64,000 bases of DNA from a virus. The notes under the pieces are model-generated. The model was given only the letters and a program-made list of their open reading frames with translations, was not told where the DNA came from and ran no database searches. Of this stretch, positions 16,866 to 27,224 are shown piece by piece. Made by a program: the position numbers and the translations under genes. How positions within the stretch are numbered: the stretch's first letter is position 1; the number at the start of each line of letters is the position of its first letter. The DNA is taken from IMG/VR virus record IMGVR_UViG_648276631_000006, positions 1,610 through 65,609 of that record; one strand, written 5' to 3'.

Positions 16866-17423
16866 ATGAATTCCACACAAGCAAAGCAAACCTCTGGAAC
16901 ATCGACACACCGCGCCCGTGATGGGGGCGTGGACCTGGGAACCACGGAGGAAACGCCGACGCTCATGCTGGTGTTTGAGGCAATCAGGCAGATTCACGAT
17001 GCGGGCGGAGAGCCGACGCGCGAGCGCATTGTGGCGATGACCGGACTAAAGCCCACCACGGTGGACGACCGCATCAAAGTGCTGCGAGGCGAGGGCATGA
17101 TCAGCCCCCAGAAGCAGTGCTACCGTCCGCTGCACCAGCACGTGGCCGCACAGGCGGTGTCGTGCACAGTCATGCCCAACGGGGTCTACAAGATCGAAAA
17201 GGGCGATGAGGTGATGACGCTGGTGCCAGCCGAGGCGCGCCAACTGGCCCCGATGCTGGCCGGTAAGGCGCTTGAGGCCTCTGCATTGGAGCGCGTGCAG
17301 GAGATGGAAACCCGCATGGTGGAGATGGCGCAGCAGCTTCGGGATGTGCAACGTAGATACAGGGGGCTGAAGGAGGCTCACGCAGAGAGCTCGGCACAGA
17401 GCAAGCTGGAGTTTACGCAGTAG
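16866..17423 (+). CDS. Winged-helix DNA-binding protein, candidate late-gene regulator
   Basis: PTRERIVAMTGLKPTTVDDRIKVL; last early gene before the late region. Confidence 0.6.
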   Translation: MNSTQAKQTSGTSTHRARDGGVDLGTTEETPTLMLVFEAIRQIHDAGGEPTRERIVAMTGLKPTTVDDRIKVLRGEGMISPQKQCYRPLHQHVAAQAVSCTVMPNGVYKIEKGDEVMTLVPAEARQLAPMLAGKALEASALERVQEMETRMVEMAQQLRDVQRRYRGLKEAHAESSAQSKLEFTQ

Positions 17424-17589
17424 AAAGCCTGCCATTTAAGCAGTGGGGAACACATTTGTACAGTGGTCTTCTTCGTCGAAATGATTGACCAATTTTAGAT
17501 TGATCCTGATATTGACAAGCTATAAGTCTGATGGTCATGATGAGTTCGTTAATAAGACTGCATTCTGTGCCGACCTGATAGGAGGCTGT

Positions 17590-19005
17590 ATGAATCTTGT
17601 CCGAATAGGAATAGTCATAACGTTCTGCATGTGCAGCCTATTTGCGGTGGGCTGCGCAGGGGGGCGACCAACAGGATATTTTCAAGAAGAAAATTCCATC
17701 ACGACAAGAGGTGGGCTGGGTGAAAATGGTGTATTTCACGATGCTCTTTACGGCCCTGAGTCCATAGCGTTGAATTTTCCCGGTTACCTGATTGGATTTG
17801 ATAAGGGAAGACATCATGCGGTCGGTAAAGATGCCAAATTTCCTGTAGATAATAAAAATGACCAATCTGGTTTGAGAAAAGTAAAGTTTAGGATGATTCA
17901 TGACCCTAAGACCCATTATATTTCTCATGTTATGAAATATGAGGGGAACTTTTATGGTGTCGGTAACTGCGTAATTTATACAATGTACTCGCAATGGGGC
18001 GGAGATATTGGTAACAATGCCGGTGAAGCACCGGCGAAGCACTGTCTTAATCAAGATGCAGCAACTGGCAATAGCGTAACCGCCCAACGTGACTCTGAGC
18101 TGGCATTAAAAGCACTTTCAGCAGAGCTCAACCGAGCAATAAAGCTCAGAGCTGAAAATGGAAAGCCGTATACCCACATAATTGTGGTATCCATGGGGTG
18201 GAATACGCCACAAGTTGAAGCTGTACAGAACTTCAATGCTATTGCGTCCCATATTTATGCTGCTGCAGTAGCCGACCAATCACGGTACGAGCCCCTGTTC
18301 ATTGGTGTGACTTGGCCCAGTATTTGGACGTCTGAATGGTTGGATCCGCTGATTCGTGCCGCCAGTTACACAGCGAAAGCTCACGATGCAGATGAAGTCG
18401 GTGCAATCTGGCTTGCTGATGTGTTAGATGTAGTTAGAACTGTTGCTCCATCCGATGTGACTTTGGTGGCGTTAGGGCATTCGTTTGGCGCGAGGGCAAT
18501 GTTCTCCGCTGTGTGTGGTGACAGTGTTTGGGATGGGCCGAGACCTCCACGTAAGTGGGATGTTCTGATTGGGTGGGAAGGGGCATTTTCGATCAGAAGG
18601 CTGACCACTGATGGTGCGGGTGATGGTTTTGCTTACAAAGAAGGGTGTCTTGATCGTGCGCACACTGTTTTACTGACTTCCAGCATCCATGACAGCGCAG
18701 TAACTACAGCATTTTGGTCAGATATGGCAGGATCACATAAGCAGTGGAATGCCGTATGCAAAGATCAAGGGGACGCTTCTATTTCATTGGCTGGTCCTCC
18801 AACGACTGGTAATCCGACGAACTGCATTGAAGCCGATAAAATTACTTATTCGTCAGTTGGACGTATTCCAATAGAAAAAGGGAAGATTAATTATCTCGAT
18901 GCATCGAATATTGTTTTCTTCTCTCATCCTAATACTGGTGGTGGTGCCCACAGTGATATTTACCGCCGCATTCATGGAAGCATAAATTGGCGTGCCATGC
19001 GGTAG
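17590..19005 (+). CDS. Lipoprotein with an alpha/beta-hydrolase fold (low-GC moron)
   Basis: RBS AGGAGG; AVGC lipobox; GHSFG nucleophile elbow; C-terminal GAHSDI. Confidence 0.75.
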   Translation: MNLVRIGIVITFCMCSLFAVGCAGGRPTGYFQEENSITTRGGLGENGVFHDALYGPESIALNFPGYLIGFDKGRHHAVGKDAKFPVDNKNDQSGLRKVKFRMIHDPKTHYISHVMKYEGNFYGVGNCVIYTMYSQWGGDIGNNAGEAPAKHCLNQDAATGNSVTAQRDSELALKALSAELNRAIKLRAENGKPYTHIIVVSMGWNTPQVEAVQNFNAIASHIYAAAVADQSRYEPLFIGVTWPSIWTSEWLDPLIRAASYTAKAHDADEVGAIWLADVLDVVRTVAPSDVTLVALGHSFGARAMFSAVCGDSVWDGPRPPRKWDVLIGWEGAFSIRRLTTDGAGDGFAYKEGCLDRAHTVLLTSSIHDSAVTTAFWSDMAGSHKQWNAVCKDQGDASISLAGPPTTGNPTNCIEADKITYSSVGRIPIEKGKINYLDASNIVFFSHPNTGGGAHSDIYRRIHGSINWRAMR

Positions 19006-19084
19006 ACGCGCCTGCAAATCTGCTTTTTGTGTGTAGTTTATTGTGGACCTTAGGGCTGACAGCTTGCCTAAGTATTTCTTGAGG

Positions 19085-19126
19085 CCCCACTAGGGTTCGC
19101 CGTTCTGTTTGGGGACCTGCAGTATT
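19085..19126 (+). promoter_or_regulatory. Late promoter motif copy 1 (terS)
   Basis: ccccactagggttcgcc plus a -10-like hexamer. Confidence 0.7.
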
Positions 19127-19132
19127 GGATGC

Positions 19133-19861
19133 ATGGCATCCCAAGAGGCAGTATCCAAACCCAAAACAAGTACCCAGTCCACCCCCAGCACAAGGGGGGC
19201 GGGCAGAGCCGCGCCTGCGGATTGGGAGCGCATCGAGCTTGACTACCGTGCCGGCATAAAAACGCTGCGTCAGATCGCAGATGAGAACGGCATTACGCAC
19301 GGTGCTATCAATAAGAGAGCGAAGCGCGATGGATGGGAGCGCGACCTGTCCGAGAAAATCCAGCGCAAGGCGGATGCGCTGGTATCCAAAGCGGCGGTAT
19401 CCAGCGAGGTATCCAAGGAAACCAGAGCTGCGGAGCGGGCCGTAGTCGATGCCAATGCGCAGGCCATTGCCGATGTGCGCCTGGCCCACCGTCGTGACAT
19501 TCACCGCGCCCGGCGCATCACCAATGCGCTGCTGGACGAGTTGGAGCAGCAGGCGGATGCCGACACCGTAGCCCTGCTGGAGCAGTTGGGCGAGAACATG
19601 CGCAACCCGGATGAGAACGGGATTGACCGCCTCAACGACCTGTACCACAAGGTCATCAGCCTGCCCGAGCGCTCCAAGACCATGAAGACGCTCTCTGAGA
19701 GCCTGCGCATGCTGGTGGACATGGAGCGCACGGCCTTTGGCATGGATGACAAGGAAAAGGACGAGCCTGCACCTGGTGCCGCTGGCTATGTGCCTCCGGC
19801 CATTCAGATCGTGCATGTGAAAGCGCCGGTGCACGAGCCCGATGAGGACGAGCAGGAATGA
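19133..19861 (+). CDS. terS: Terminase small subunit
   Basis: DWERIELDYRAG..TLRQIA...GITHGAINKRAKRDGW; upstream of TerL. Confidence 0.85.
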   Translation: MASQEAVSKPKTSTQSTPSTRGAGRAAPADWERIELDYRAGIKTLRQIADENGITHGAINKRAKRDGWERDLSEKIQRKADALVSKAAVSSEVSKETRAAERAVVDANAQAIADVRLAHRRDIHRARRITNALLDELEQQADADTVALLEQLGENMRNPDENGIDRLNDLYHKVISLPERSKTMKTLSESLRMLVDMERTAFGMDDKEKDEPAPGAAGYVPPAIQIVHVKAPVHEPDEDEQE

Positions 19862-21168
19862 AGCTGGCTCCTGTCCCCTCTACTGCGCAAGGCATGCCCG
19901 AGGTGCCGGTGCTGGCCATCCCTGAGAAGCTGGCCGGCATCTGGGAGCCGAAGCGCTACAAGGTCATGCATGGCGGGCGCGGCGGCGGCAAGTCGTGGAC
20001 CGTGGCTGCCGTGCTGCTGGTGATGGCGGCCAGCCGGCCCCTGCGCGTGCTGTGCACCCGGGAGATTCAGAAGTCCATCAAGCAGTCGGTGCACCAGTTG
20101 CTCAAGGATGTGATCACGCGGCTGAACCTGCACGCCTTCTTTGAGGTGCTGGAAACCGAGGTGCGCGGCATCAATGGCTCGCTGTTTCTGTTTTCAGGCT
20201 TGCAGAGCCACACCGTGGACTCCATCAAGTCCTTTGAGGGCTGCGACATCGTTTGGGTGGAAGAAGCCCATGGCGTGAGCAAGAAGTCCTGGGACACCCT
20301 GATTCCGACGATTCGCAAAGAGGGCAGCGAGATATGGCTGACCCTCAACCCGGACATGGAGACGGATGAAACCTACCAGCGCTTCATCGCCACGCCTAGC
20401 CCCGATACCTGGGTGGTGGAGATCAACTGGCGCGACAACCCCTGGTTTCCGCGCGTGCTGGATGAGGAGCGGCGCAAGGCCAAGCGCACCATGCTGGCCG
20501 ACGACTACGCCCATATCTGGGAGGGCAAGGCGCGGCGCGTGGCGGCCGGCGCGATCTACCGCCATGAGATGGAGTCTGTGTATCTGGACAACCGGGCGCG
20601 CGACGTTCCCTATGACCCGACGCTGCCGGTGCACACGGTCTGGGATCTGGGCTGGAACGATGCAATGAGCATCGCACTGGTGCAGCGCGGCCCCCAGGAT
20701 GTGCGAATCATCGGCCACATCGAGGACAGCCATCGCACGCTGGATTGGTATGTGGCCAAGCTGGAGAAGCTGCCGTATCGCTGGGGCACGGACTATTTGC
20801 CGCATGACGGCAAGACCAAGAATTTTCAGACCGGCAAGAGCACGGAGCAGCTGCTGCGAGAGCTGGGGCGGCGCTCGGTCATGGTGCAGCCGCGTGCCAC
20901 GGATGTGGAAGAGGGCATCAAGCAGGTCCGCATGCTGATGCCGCGTTGCTACTTCGACGCGACCAAGACCGCGCGACTGCTGGAGTGCCTGAAGCGCTAC
21001 CAGCGGCGCATTCATGCCGTCACCAATGAGCCCATGGAGCCGCTGCACGACGAATTCAGCCATGGCGCGGACTGCATGCGCTATGTGGCGCTGTGGGTGC
21101 CGCAGATGCCAGGCATTCCCAGTGCCAACGATGACTATCAGGAAGCCGATGCGCCCGACTGGCGCTAG
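19858..21168 (+). CDS. terL: Terminase large subunit (PBSX/Terminase_3 type)
   Basis: GGRGGGKS Walker A; WVEEA Walker B; WDLG and HGADC nuclease motifs. Confidence 0.95.
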   Translation: MKLAPVPSTAQGMPEVPVLAIPEKLAGIWEPKRYKVMHGGRGGGKSWTVAAVLLVMAASRPLRVLCTREIQKSIKQSVHQLLKDVITRLNLHAFFEVLETEVRGINGSLFLFSGLQSHTVDSIKSFEGCDIVWVEEAHGVSKKSWDTLIPTIRKEGSEIWLTLNPDMETDETYQRFIATPSPDTWVVEINWRDNPWFPRVLDEERRKAKRTMLADDYAHIWEGKARRVAAGAIYRHEMESVYLDNRARDVPYDPTLPVHTVWDLGWNDAMSIALVQRGPQDVRIIGHIEDSHRTLDWYVAKLEKLPYRWGTDYLPHDGKTKNFQTGKSTEQLLRELGRRSVMVQPRATDVEEGIKQVRMLMPRCYFDATKTARLLECLKRYQRRIHAVTNEPMEPLHDEFSHGADCMRYVALWVPQMPGIPSANDDYQEADAPDWR

Positions 21169-21179
21169 TGAGAGCCAAC

Positions 21180-23459
21180 ATGCAATACATCAAGCCCCCT
21201 CAAAACGCGGATCTGGGCCAGCCCATGACCGTGCTGGAATACGCCAAGATCGTGCAGGAGTGCATTGACCAGCCACCCTGGCGCGCGGCAGCGGACAAGG
21301 AGGCCGACTATGCAGACGGCAACCAGCTGAGTACCGAACTGCTCAAGCGTCTGCAGGCCACCGGTGTGCCGCCGGCCAAGGAGAACGTGATTGGCCCGGC
21401 CATCGCGGCGATCTGCGGGTTTGAGGCCAAGACGCGCACAGACTGGCGCGTGACTCCGGACGGCGACCCCACGGGCAAGGATGTGGCGGACGCACTGAAC
21501 TACCGGCTCAACCAGGCCGAGCGCTTTTCCAAGGCGGACGCGGCCATGAGCGAGGCGTTCAAGCCGCAGGCGGCCGTGGGCCTGGGCTGGGTCGAGGTGG
21601 CGCGCAGCAGCAACCCTCTGGAGTACAAGACCCGCTGCCACTATATCCACCGCAATGAAATCCATTGGGATATGCGCGCCTCTGAGAAGGATCTGTCCGA
21701 TGCGCGCTGGCTGCTGCGCGAGCGCTTCATCAGCAAGGAGCGCACCGCGCGCGCCTTTGAGGACAAGGCAGCGCTGATCATGCAGGCGCAAACCGTCAGC
21801 GGCCTGGGTGGCTACGGCGACTATGTGACCGAGGGCGGCGTATCGACGGGGCTGCTCTCGGCTGCCGACGCCAATCGTGCCTGGACCACACGCGAGCAGG
21901 CCTGGTACCGCCATGAGTCGGATGAGGTATGCCTGGGTGAGCTCTGGTACCGGCGCTGGGTGAACGTAGTGCTGCTAAAGATGCGCGGCGGCCGCGTGGT
22001 CGAGTTTGATGCGGCAAATCCTGCTCACCAGGCTGCCGTGGCTGGCGGCCAAGGCAAGCTGGAGCGCGCGACCGTGGCACGCATGCGCCGCTCGTACTGG
22101 ATGGGCCCGCACATGCTGCATGACAGCGCCAGCCCTTATCCGCACCCGCATTTCCCATATGTGCCGTTCTGGGGTTACCGTGAGGACATGACGCGCGTAC
22201 CGTTCGGCCTGGTGCGCGACATGATCTTTCCGCAGGACAACCTCAATAGTTCCATTGCCAAGCTACGCTGGGGCATGGCCAGCACCCGGACCGAGCGCAC
22301 CAAGGGAGCCGTGGCGATGACGGACGATCAATTCCGGCGCCAGATTGCCCGCCCGGATGCGGACATCGTGCTGGACCCCCAGGCCATGGCCCAGCAAGGC
22401 GCTCGGTTTGAGGTCAAGCGCGACTTTCAGCTCAACAACCAGCAACTGCAGATGATGGCCGACAGCCGCGCGGCGCTCCAGCGGGTCGGCTCCATCACCG
22501 CGGCTTTCCAGGGGCAGAAGGGCAACGCGACCAGCGGCGTGCAGGAGCAGACCCAGGTGGAGCAGTCGCAGATCAGCATTGCCGACCTGATGGATAACTT
22601 CAAGGAAGGGCGCGCCATGGTGGGCGAGTTGATCCTGGCGCTGGAGATCGAGGACCTGGGCGAGGAACGCGAGGTGATCGTGATCGAGGGCGACACTATC
22701 AACCCGCCGCGCACCGTAGTGCTCAATGAGACTGTGGAAGAGGGCGGTCTGCGCTATCTATCCAATGATGTGCAGCGCACGCGGCTCAAGGTGGCCTTGT
22801 CGGATGTTCCGTCTTCCTCCAGCTTCCGCGCCCAGCAGCTCGCGGCCCTGTCCGAAGCGGTCAAGGCCCTACCGCCGCAAATGCAGCAGGTGGTGATGCC
22901 GTTCATGCTGGATCTCATGGACCTGCCGCGCAAGGAAGAAATCATCAAGGTGATCAAGGAAGCGAACCAGCAGACCGACCCCGAGCAGCTGCGCAAGCAG
23001 ATCGAGCAGGAGCTGCAACGCGACCTCAAGGAGCGAGAGCTGGACCTGCGCGAGCGCGAAGTGGCAGCGCGTGAGAAGCTGATGGCTGCGCAGCAGGTGC
23101 AAGTGGGTGTGCAAGCCTCGTACAGCGCCATGCAGGGCGGTGCCCAGGTGGCTCAGATGCCCATGATCGCGCCCATTGCGGACGAGATCATGAAGGGAGC
23201 CGGCTACCAGGCGCCCAACCCTGGCGGCGATGACCCGAATTTCCCCACGGCAGACAAAACAGCGGCCATGAACATCAAGAGCCCCTATATCCAGGGGCAA
23301 GGGCCGGAGGGCGCAGCTACATCCGGTGCTGCTGCCGAAGCTGGCGCGGCGCCAGAGGTGCGGGAGAACACCAGCCCGGCCTATCCGCCTGTACCGCAGG
23401 AGGCTAGTACCGGGATGCAGGGAATCGAGACTCCGCGCACTGGCGACAACCTGGCTTAG
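21180..23459 (+). CDS. Portal protein (P22-like)
   Basis: Position, size, PYVPFWGYR..PFGLVRDM, SGVQ motif, C-terminal coiled coil. Confidence 0.9.
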   Translation: MQYIKPPQNADLGQPMTVLEYAKIVQECIDQPPWRAAADKEADYADGNQLSTELLKRLQATGVPPAKENVIGPAIAAICGFEAKTRTDWRVTPDGDPTGKDVADALNYRLNQAERFSKADAAMSEAFKPQAAVGLGWVEVARSSNPLEYKTRCHYIHRNEIHWDMRASEKDLSDARWLLRERFISKERTARAFEDKAALIMQAQTVSGLGGYGDYVTEGGVSTGLLSAADANRAWTTREQAWYRHESDEVCLGELWYRRWVNVVLLKMRGGRVVEFDAANPAHQAAVAGGQGKLERATVARMRRSYWMGPHMLHDSASPYPHPHFPYVPFWGYREDMTRVPFGLVRDMIFPQDNLNSSIAKLRWGMASTRTERTKGAVAMTDDQFRRQIARPDADIVLDPQAMAQQGARFEVKRDFQLNNQQLQMMADSRAALQRVGSITAAFQGQKGNATSGVQEQTQVEQSQISIADLMDNFKEGRAMVGELILALEIEDLGEEREVIVIEGDTINPPRTVVLNETVEEGGLRYLSNDVQRTRLKVALSDVPSSSSFRAQQLAALSEAVKALPPQMQQVVMPFMLDLMDLPRKEEIIKVIKEANQQTDPEQLRKQIEQELQRDLKERELDLREREVAAREKLMAAQQVQVGVQASYSAMQGGAQVAQMPMIAPIADEIMKGAGYQAPNPGGDDPNFPTADKTAAMNIKSPYIQGQGPEGAATSGAAAEAGAAPEVRENTSPAYPPVPQEASTGMQGIETPRTGDNLA

Positions 23460-23467
23460 CGGCTGTA

Positions 23468-23508
23468 CCCCACTAGAGTTAGACCGGGCCGCGAAGCCCG
23501 GAGACACT
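23468..23508 (+). promoter_or_regulatory. Late promoter motif copy 2 (head operon)
   Basis: ccccactagagttagacc ... gacact. Confidence 0.6.
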
Positions 23509-23677
23509 TCATTCCATCGAAGCGCGAAAGCGAAGAGATACAGCCCACTCGTGATGAGTCGGCCCATTCCCACCGCTGGAGAGTGTGATGGTCAGGGCTT
23601 CGGCCCTGGCCTGATCCTCGAATCGGTGTGCCCCACCAACAGGCCCAGCCGGATAGCTGGGAACGGAGCACAGCAGA

Positions 23678-24721
23678 GTGAACGAAGCTCAAAAACTCTT
23701 GGCAGCAGCCTTTGCAGGCGAATTGGATCTGGATGCGGATGCTTCCGGGTCTTCTGGCGTTTCTGCACCTGAAGGCTCGGCCACCTCGGCTAATTCCGAG
23801 AGCACCCAAGCAGCGACCGCGGCAGCCGCTGGCGCAGAAGCCGCCACAACTGCCACCACCGCAGGCACTGCAGCAGCCGCATCGGCTCAGGAAGAGCACG
23901 AAGGCGCGCCCATTGCCAGCAAGTCCGGTGGCTACACCATCCCCTATGAAAAGCTGACAGAGGCACGCACCGCGCGCGATTCGGCCATTGCCGAAGCCGC
24001 ACAGCTGCGCGCTCAACTGGAGCAGGTGACGGCCGCACAGGCTGCCAATCTGCAGCAAGCCCAGGCCGAAGCCCAAGCTCGTGCGGATGCAGGGAAGGCT
24101 CCGACCCAGGCAGACCAGAACCTGGCAGCTGCCAAGAGCCTGGTGGAGGGTGGCGCTGACGCCTCTCTGTTCGGGAGCTTTTCCGAAGAAGACATTGCCG
24201 CTGGCATCAACAAGCTGGTTGCCGATCAAGTCGCCGCGCGAGTGGAGGCTGCATTGGCGCCCCAGCGCGAGGCGCAGGCCCGTGAGCAGGCCGTGTCAGC
24301 AGAGCAAGCGCATACCCAGAAGATTCTGGATGCGCACAAGGATGCTTTTGAAGTCGCTGAATCCAAGGAGTTCGCCAGCTGGAAGTCTGGCCAGCCCGGA
24401 TACATGCAAGCCGCCATTGATCGCACCCTGCAAGCGGGTACCGCCCAGGACGTGATTGACCTGCTGGGCCAGTTCAAGCAGGTCCATGCGGCAGCAGCAG
24501 GCGCGGCGACTGGCGACCCCACTGCAGCAGCCGTGGCAAAGGCTTTGGCCGATGCCAAGACTGCGCCTCCCGTGAGCCTGTCGAGTCTGCCCGGAGCGGC
24601 ACCCGCAGGCACCGAGGCAGAACGCGCAGCCGCGCTGGCCAGCGATCCGGTTGCTCTGTTGGAGTACATGAGCAGCCTGCCCCGCGACCGCCAGACCAGT
24701 CTGATGAATAGCGTGGTGTAG
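23678..24721 (+). CDS. Capsid scaffolding protein
   Basis: Ala-rich helical protein with an IPYEKL motif, between portal and capsid. Confidence 0.75.
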   Translation: MNEAQKLLAAAFAGELDLDADASGSSGVSAPEGSATSANSESTQAATAAAAGAEAATTATTAGTAAAASAQEEHEGAPIASKSGGYTIPYEKLTEARTARDSAIAEAAQLRAQLEQVTAAQAANLQQAQAEAQARADAGKAPTQADQNLAAAKSLVEGGADASLFGSFSEEDIAAGINKLVADQVAARVEAALAPQREAQAREQAVSAEQAHTQKILDAHKDAFEVAESKEFASWKSGQPGYMQAAIDRTLQAGTAQDVIDLLGQFKQVHAAAAGAATGDPTAAAVAKALADAKTAPPVSLSSLPGAAPAGTEAERAAALASDPVALLEYMSSLPRDRQTSLMNSVV

Positions 24722-24799
24722 CCGTCAGGCGCGCCACAAACCATTTCCCGGGCCATCTCGTGATGAGAGCGCCCTTGTCCCATAGCAGGAGGACTTGAT

Positions 24800-26089
24800 A
24801 TGTCCAAGACCAGTGTAGGCGCAGGTTCGTCCAATGCGCAGTTCGTACAAGCTGCAGGACTGTTCGCGCAGTCCATGCAGCGCAACTCCAAGCTCAACCA
24901 GATGGTGGGCACCATGCCCAAGGGCGAGGGCTCGGCAGCTGCAACGCTGCGCAAGCAGACCACCAACGATATGCCCATCGTGCGTACCGTTGACCTGTCG
25001 CGCGGCAAGGGCGACGAGGTGGAGTTCCACTTTGTGCAGCCTGTGGGTGCGTATCCCATCATGGGTGCCCGCATGGCCGAGGGCAAGGGCACGGGCGTGT
25101 CGCTGGACAAGGCCCGTGTGCGTGTCAACCAGGCGCGCTTCCCCGTGGATGTGGGTGACACCATGACCGACCTGCGCTCGCCCGTCGAGTTTCGCAAGAT
25201 CGGCCGCCCCATCGCCCAAGGCCTGATGGACCGTTACCAAGACCAGGGCTCGCTGATGCACCTGGCTGGCGCGCGCGGCTTCCACAACAACATCGAGTGG
25301 GCCATCCCCACCGAAGATCATGCGGACTTTGAAGCCATCGCGGTCAACCCAGTGCTGGCTCCCACCAAGAACCGCCACTACATTGCCGATGGCGATGCGA
25401 TTCGCGGCTTCAGCGTTAATGCGGGCGAGCTGGACATTCAGTCCTCTGACGCGCTGACGATGACCATTGTGGATGCGTGCCGCACGCTGGTGGAGTCCAT
25501 CGCGCTGCCGCCTCCTGCAATCCGTTTGCCCGGCGACCAGGCCGCCGACGACTCCCCGCTGCGTATGCTGATGGTGAGCCCCGCTCAATATCACCAGTTC
25601 TCGCAGGACAAAGATTTCCGCCAGTTCCAGGCCAACGCGCTGACCCGCGCCAGCCAGGCCGAGCGTCATCCTCTGTTCCTGGGCGAAGTGGGCCTGTGGA
25701 ACGGCATTCTGATCTGCAAGCAGCCGCGCCCCATCCGCTTCTATGCCGGCGACACCATCAAGTACTGCGCCAGTCACACCAGCGATCAGGAGAGCTCCTG
25801 CATCGTGCCGGCCAGCTTCGGCACGACCCACGCCGTGGATCGTGCGTTGCTGCTGGGCGGCCAGGCCCTGGCCCAGGCGTTTGCTTCCAGCCGTCACGGT
25901 GGTATGCCCTTCTTCTGGAAAGAGAAGGAATTCGACCACGACGACAAGATGGAGCTGCTGATTGGCGCCATCCAGGGCACGTCCAAGGTGCGCTGGGCCG
26001 TGGACCAAGGCAACGGCACCAAGCATTACACCGATCACGGTGTGATCGCCCTCGATACCGCCGTGCCCATCATCGGCGCGCGCCAGTAA
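24800..26089 (+). CDS. Major capsid protein, N4-gp56 family
   Basis: DLSRGKGDEVEF, HPLFLGEVGLWNGILI, DHGVIALDTAV. Confidence 0.9.
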   Translation: MSKTSVGAGSSNAQFVQAAGLFAQSMQRNSKLNQMVGTMPKGEGSAAATLRKQTTNDMPIVRTVDLSRGKGDEVEFHFVQPVGAYPIMGARMAEGKGTGVSLDKARVRVNQARFPVDVGDTMTDLRSPVEFRKIGRPIAQGLMDRYQDQGSLMHLAGARGFHNNIEWAIPTEDHADFEAIAVNPVLAPTKNRHYIADGDAIRGFSVNAGELDIQSSDALTMTIVDACRTLVESIALPPPAIRLPGDQAADDSPLRMLMVSPAQYHQFSQDKDFRQFQANALTRASQAERHPLFLGEVGLWNGILICKQPRPIRFYAGDTIKYCASHTSDQESSCIVPASFGTTHAVDRALLLGGQALAQAFASSRHGGMPFFWKEKEFDHDDKMELLIGAIQGTSKVRWAVDQGNGTKHYTDHGVIALDTAVPIIGARQ

Positions 26090-26173
26090 TCCAGTCCGAT
26101 CGGGCGCGGCCAAGGCGCGGCGCCTGATCTGTCTGGACCCGTGTTCCCTCTCGATTCGGTCTAGGAGCCAATC

Positions 26174-26650
26174 ATGTCTATCGTGACGACCCAACAGAAG
26201 CACGGCAATCAGCTGGGCTCTACCCCCTGGGGCAATCTCAATGCCCTGCATTTCATTCTCAAGACCGGCGCCAACGGCGGCGCGCTGGACGCTGACTCCA
26301 ATGCGCCTCTGGCCGTGGGTGACAAGGTGCGACTGGGCATCATCCCTGCCGGCTCCACGCTGGTGGACTCTGACGCCATTGTCTCCACCGGGCTGACCGC
26401 ATCCGTCAAGGGTGATCTGGGCTTTGAGTACGTGGACGGCGTGGACAGCGCCAAAGTGCCCCAGGACGCAGCCTATTTTGGTGACGACCTGGATCTGGCC
26501 GCCGCTGCGCGCCTGCGCAATACATCCACCAAGGCGCCCGTGACTCTGCCCAAGGACGCCTATCTGGTGCTGACCACCTCGAGCGCGGCCAACGCCAAGG
26601 CGGCCCGCGTCGATGTGGTGCTGCAGGTCATCTCCACCGGCGCCCTGTAA
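26174..26650 (+). CDS. Virion structural protein (capsid decoration-like)
   Basis: Follows the capsid gene; strong RBS. Confidence 0.65.
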   Translation: MSIVTTQQKHGNQLGSTPWGNLNALHFILKTGANGGALDADSNAPLAVGDKVRLGIIPAGSTLVDSDAIVSTGLTASVKGDLGFEYVDGVDSAKVPQDAAYFGDDLDLAAAARLRNTSTKAPVTLPKDAYLVLTTSSAANAKAARVDVVLQVISTGAL

Positions 26651-26722
26651 AGAGCGCTCCCAGGATGCGGGCCTGCCTTTGGGTAGCGCCCGCATTCGTC
26701 CATCTGAACACTCTCCAGCATC

Positions 26723-27223
26723 ATGAACTTTGTACGCATTACCTATACCGGCCGCAAAATTTACCGCGACCGCGCCACCGGCCATATCTGGCAGCCCGAG
26801 GAGGAGCGCCTGGTGAGCGAGGCCATCGCCAAGCCGCTGCTCAAGTTTGTGGAGTTCAAGCGCACGGCTTCCCTCAAGCCGGCGGAGGAGCCGCCGCAGC
26901 AACTGGGCCAGGCGCAAACCGGCACCGAAGGCACGGAGCAAGGCGCGCTACTGACTACAGAGCAGGGCAGCAACCAGGCCAACACGCAAAAGCCCGAGCT
27001 CACCGAGCAAGAGATTGCAGCGCTGGAGCAGCAGGCTCTGGACGACAAGGCCAAGGAAGTGGACGACCAGCGCGAGGCCATGCTGATCACTGTGCAGGGT
27101 ATGAACAAAGCAGCGCTGACCGAGTACGCCCAGAAGTACGACCACGCCTTTGATCCCAAGACCAAGGTGGACGATATGCGTATCACGGTCAACGGCCTGA
27201 TTCACCAGTTCGGGGTGCGCTGA
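26723..27223 (+). CDS. Phage hypothetical protein
   Basis: Position and codon usage. Confidence 0.7.
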   Translation: MNFVRITYTGRKIYRDRATGHIWQPEEERLVSEAIAKPLLKFVEFKRTASLKPAEEPPQQLGQAQTGTEGTEQGALLTTEQGSNQANTQKPELTEQEIAALEQQALDDKAKEVDDQREAMLITVQGMNKAALTEYAQKYDHAFDPKTKVDDMRITVNGLIHQFGVR

Positions 27224-27224
27224 C

